Assembly: GCA_000388065.2 (NCBI GenBank)
Contig: KB932203.1
Origin: Fonticula alba ATCC 38817
Lineage: Eukaryota; Protista; Nucleariida
DNA length: 17,891 nt
Direction: 5' to 3' (one strand)
Position 1 is the first letter of the stretch; the number at the start of each line of letters is the position of its first letter. Position numbers and translations under genes: made by a program. Below, piece by piece: positions 17,355 to 17,891 of the stretch. The notes under the pieces are model-generated. The model had not been told where the DNA came from. It did not search any database and saw nothing but the letters and a program-made list of their open reading frames with translations.

Positions 17355-17891
17355 AACAAAGCCCACTCGGCGTGCAATAACAGCCGAGAAAGGCGGGGCA
17401 TAATAATACACATCGACATATCCCGGCCCGTTGCGGTCGGGTATGTCCCCAGGACGCGCGCGCGTGGGGCTTTTGGGGAGACGGGGGCCACGAACGGGAC
17501 GCTCCCCAACACCGGCCGGCGGTTCGCCCGGGCATCGATCGGCGGGCGGCGGTGTCCAGTGGCGGTTCCGCCCCCCCCCACTCCGGCGTGGGCCTGGTAA
17601 CAGGCGGCTGCGGTCACCCCCCCCCCGTGGACCGGCCCACGGAGACGCGCCAAGGGGGGGTGTCGGCTGACTCGCCCCAATTCCCGGCCCGGGGAGATGG
17701 GGGCGGGGATCGAGTTCGCGGGCGTGCTCATGGGCCTGCTGTTGGAGCCGCCGGCGGGCGTCTCTGTGGCCCGGGCTCATCGGACGCGAGTGCCGTCCCG
17801 CGCGCCGGTGGGACAGAAGGTGACATGCCGCTCCCGGGGGGGGAGGGGGGGGGGGGGGGGGGGGGCGGGGGGGGGGCGGGGGCGCGGGGGG

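Noticed and set aside
16915-17891. A fifth gene at the right edge (ORFs 16958-17731 -, 17304-17780 -, 16871-17353 +)
   Set aside because: None shows a recognisable domain. The region looks like 3' UTR or intergenic DNA, possibly holding the last exon of a - strand gene outside the window, which cannot be supported here.

Overview
Eukaryotic, very GC-rich, intron-containing genomic DNA with two assembly gaps (8320-9078, 13963-14410). The ORF track is misleading because the real genes are spliced. By hand I can assemble four frame-consistent genes. (1) An atypical E2F7/E2F8/DEL-type transcription factor with two winged-helix DNA-binding domains (- strand, 95-5665, 6 coding exons, ~1562 aa, extreme low-complexity content). 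(2) A probable coilin orthologue with an N-terminal coilin domain and a C-terminal Tudor-like domain (+ strand, 9094-11452, 4 exons, ~664 aa). (3) A cystinosin/Ers1-type PQ-loop transporter with a ~189-aa cytosolic tail (- strand, 11717-13924, 6 exons, ~451 aa). (4) A CYB5RL-type protein, an Oxidored-like Cys cluster fused to an FAD/NAD(P) reductase module (+ strand, 15697-16914, 2 exons, ~362 aa). The arrangement is head-to-head, tail-to-tail, head-to-head. Composition, intron style and gene content suggest a unicellular opisthokont such as Fonticula; this is inference only. I found no mobile element, RNA gene or CRISPR, and no evidence for a multi-gene novel system. The most notable signals are the coilin-like gene, a 77-aa Ser/Thr-Pro loop inserted in E2F DBD2, a hidden terminal exon beyond the apparent E2F stop, a dominant +4C splice donor (11 of 14 introns), and duplicated GYDxxPL plus dileucine sorting motifs in the cystinosin tail. 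All family calls come from motif recognition, not database searches.
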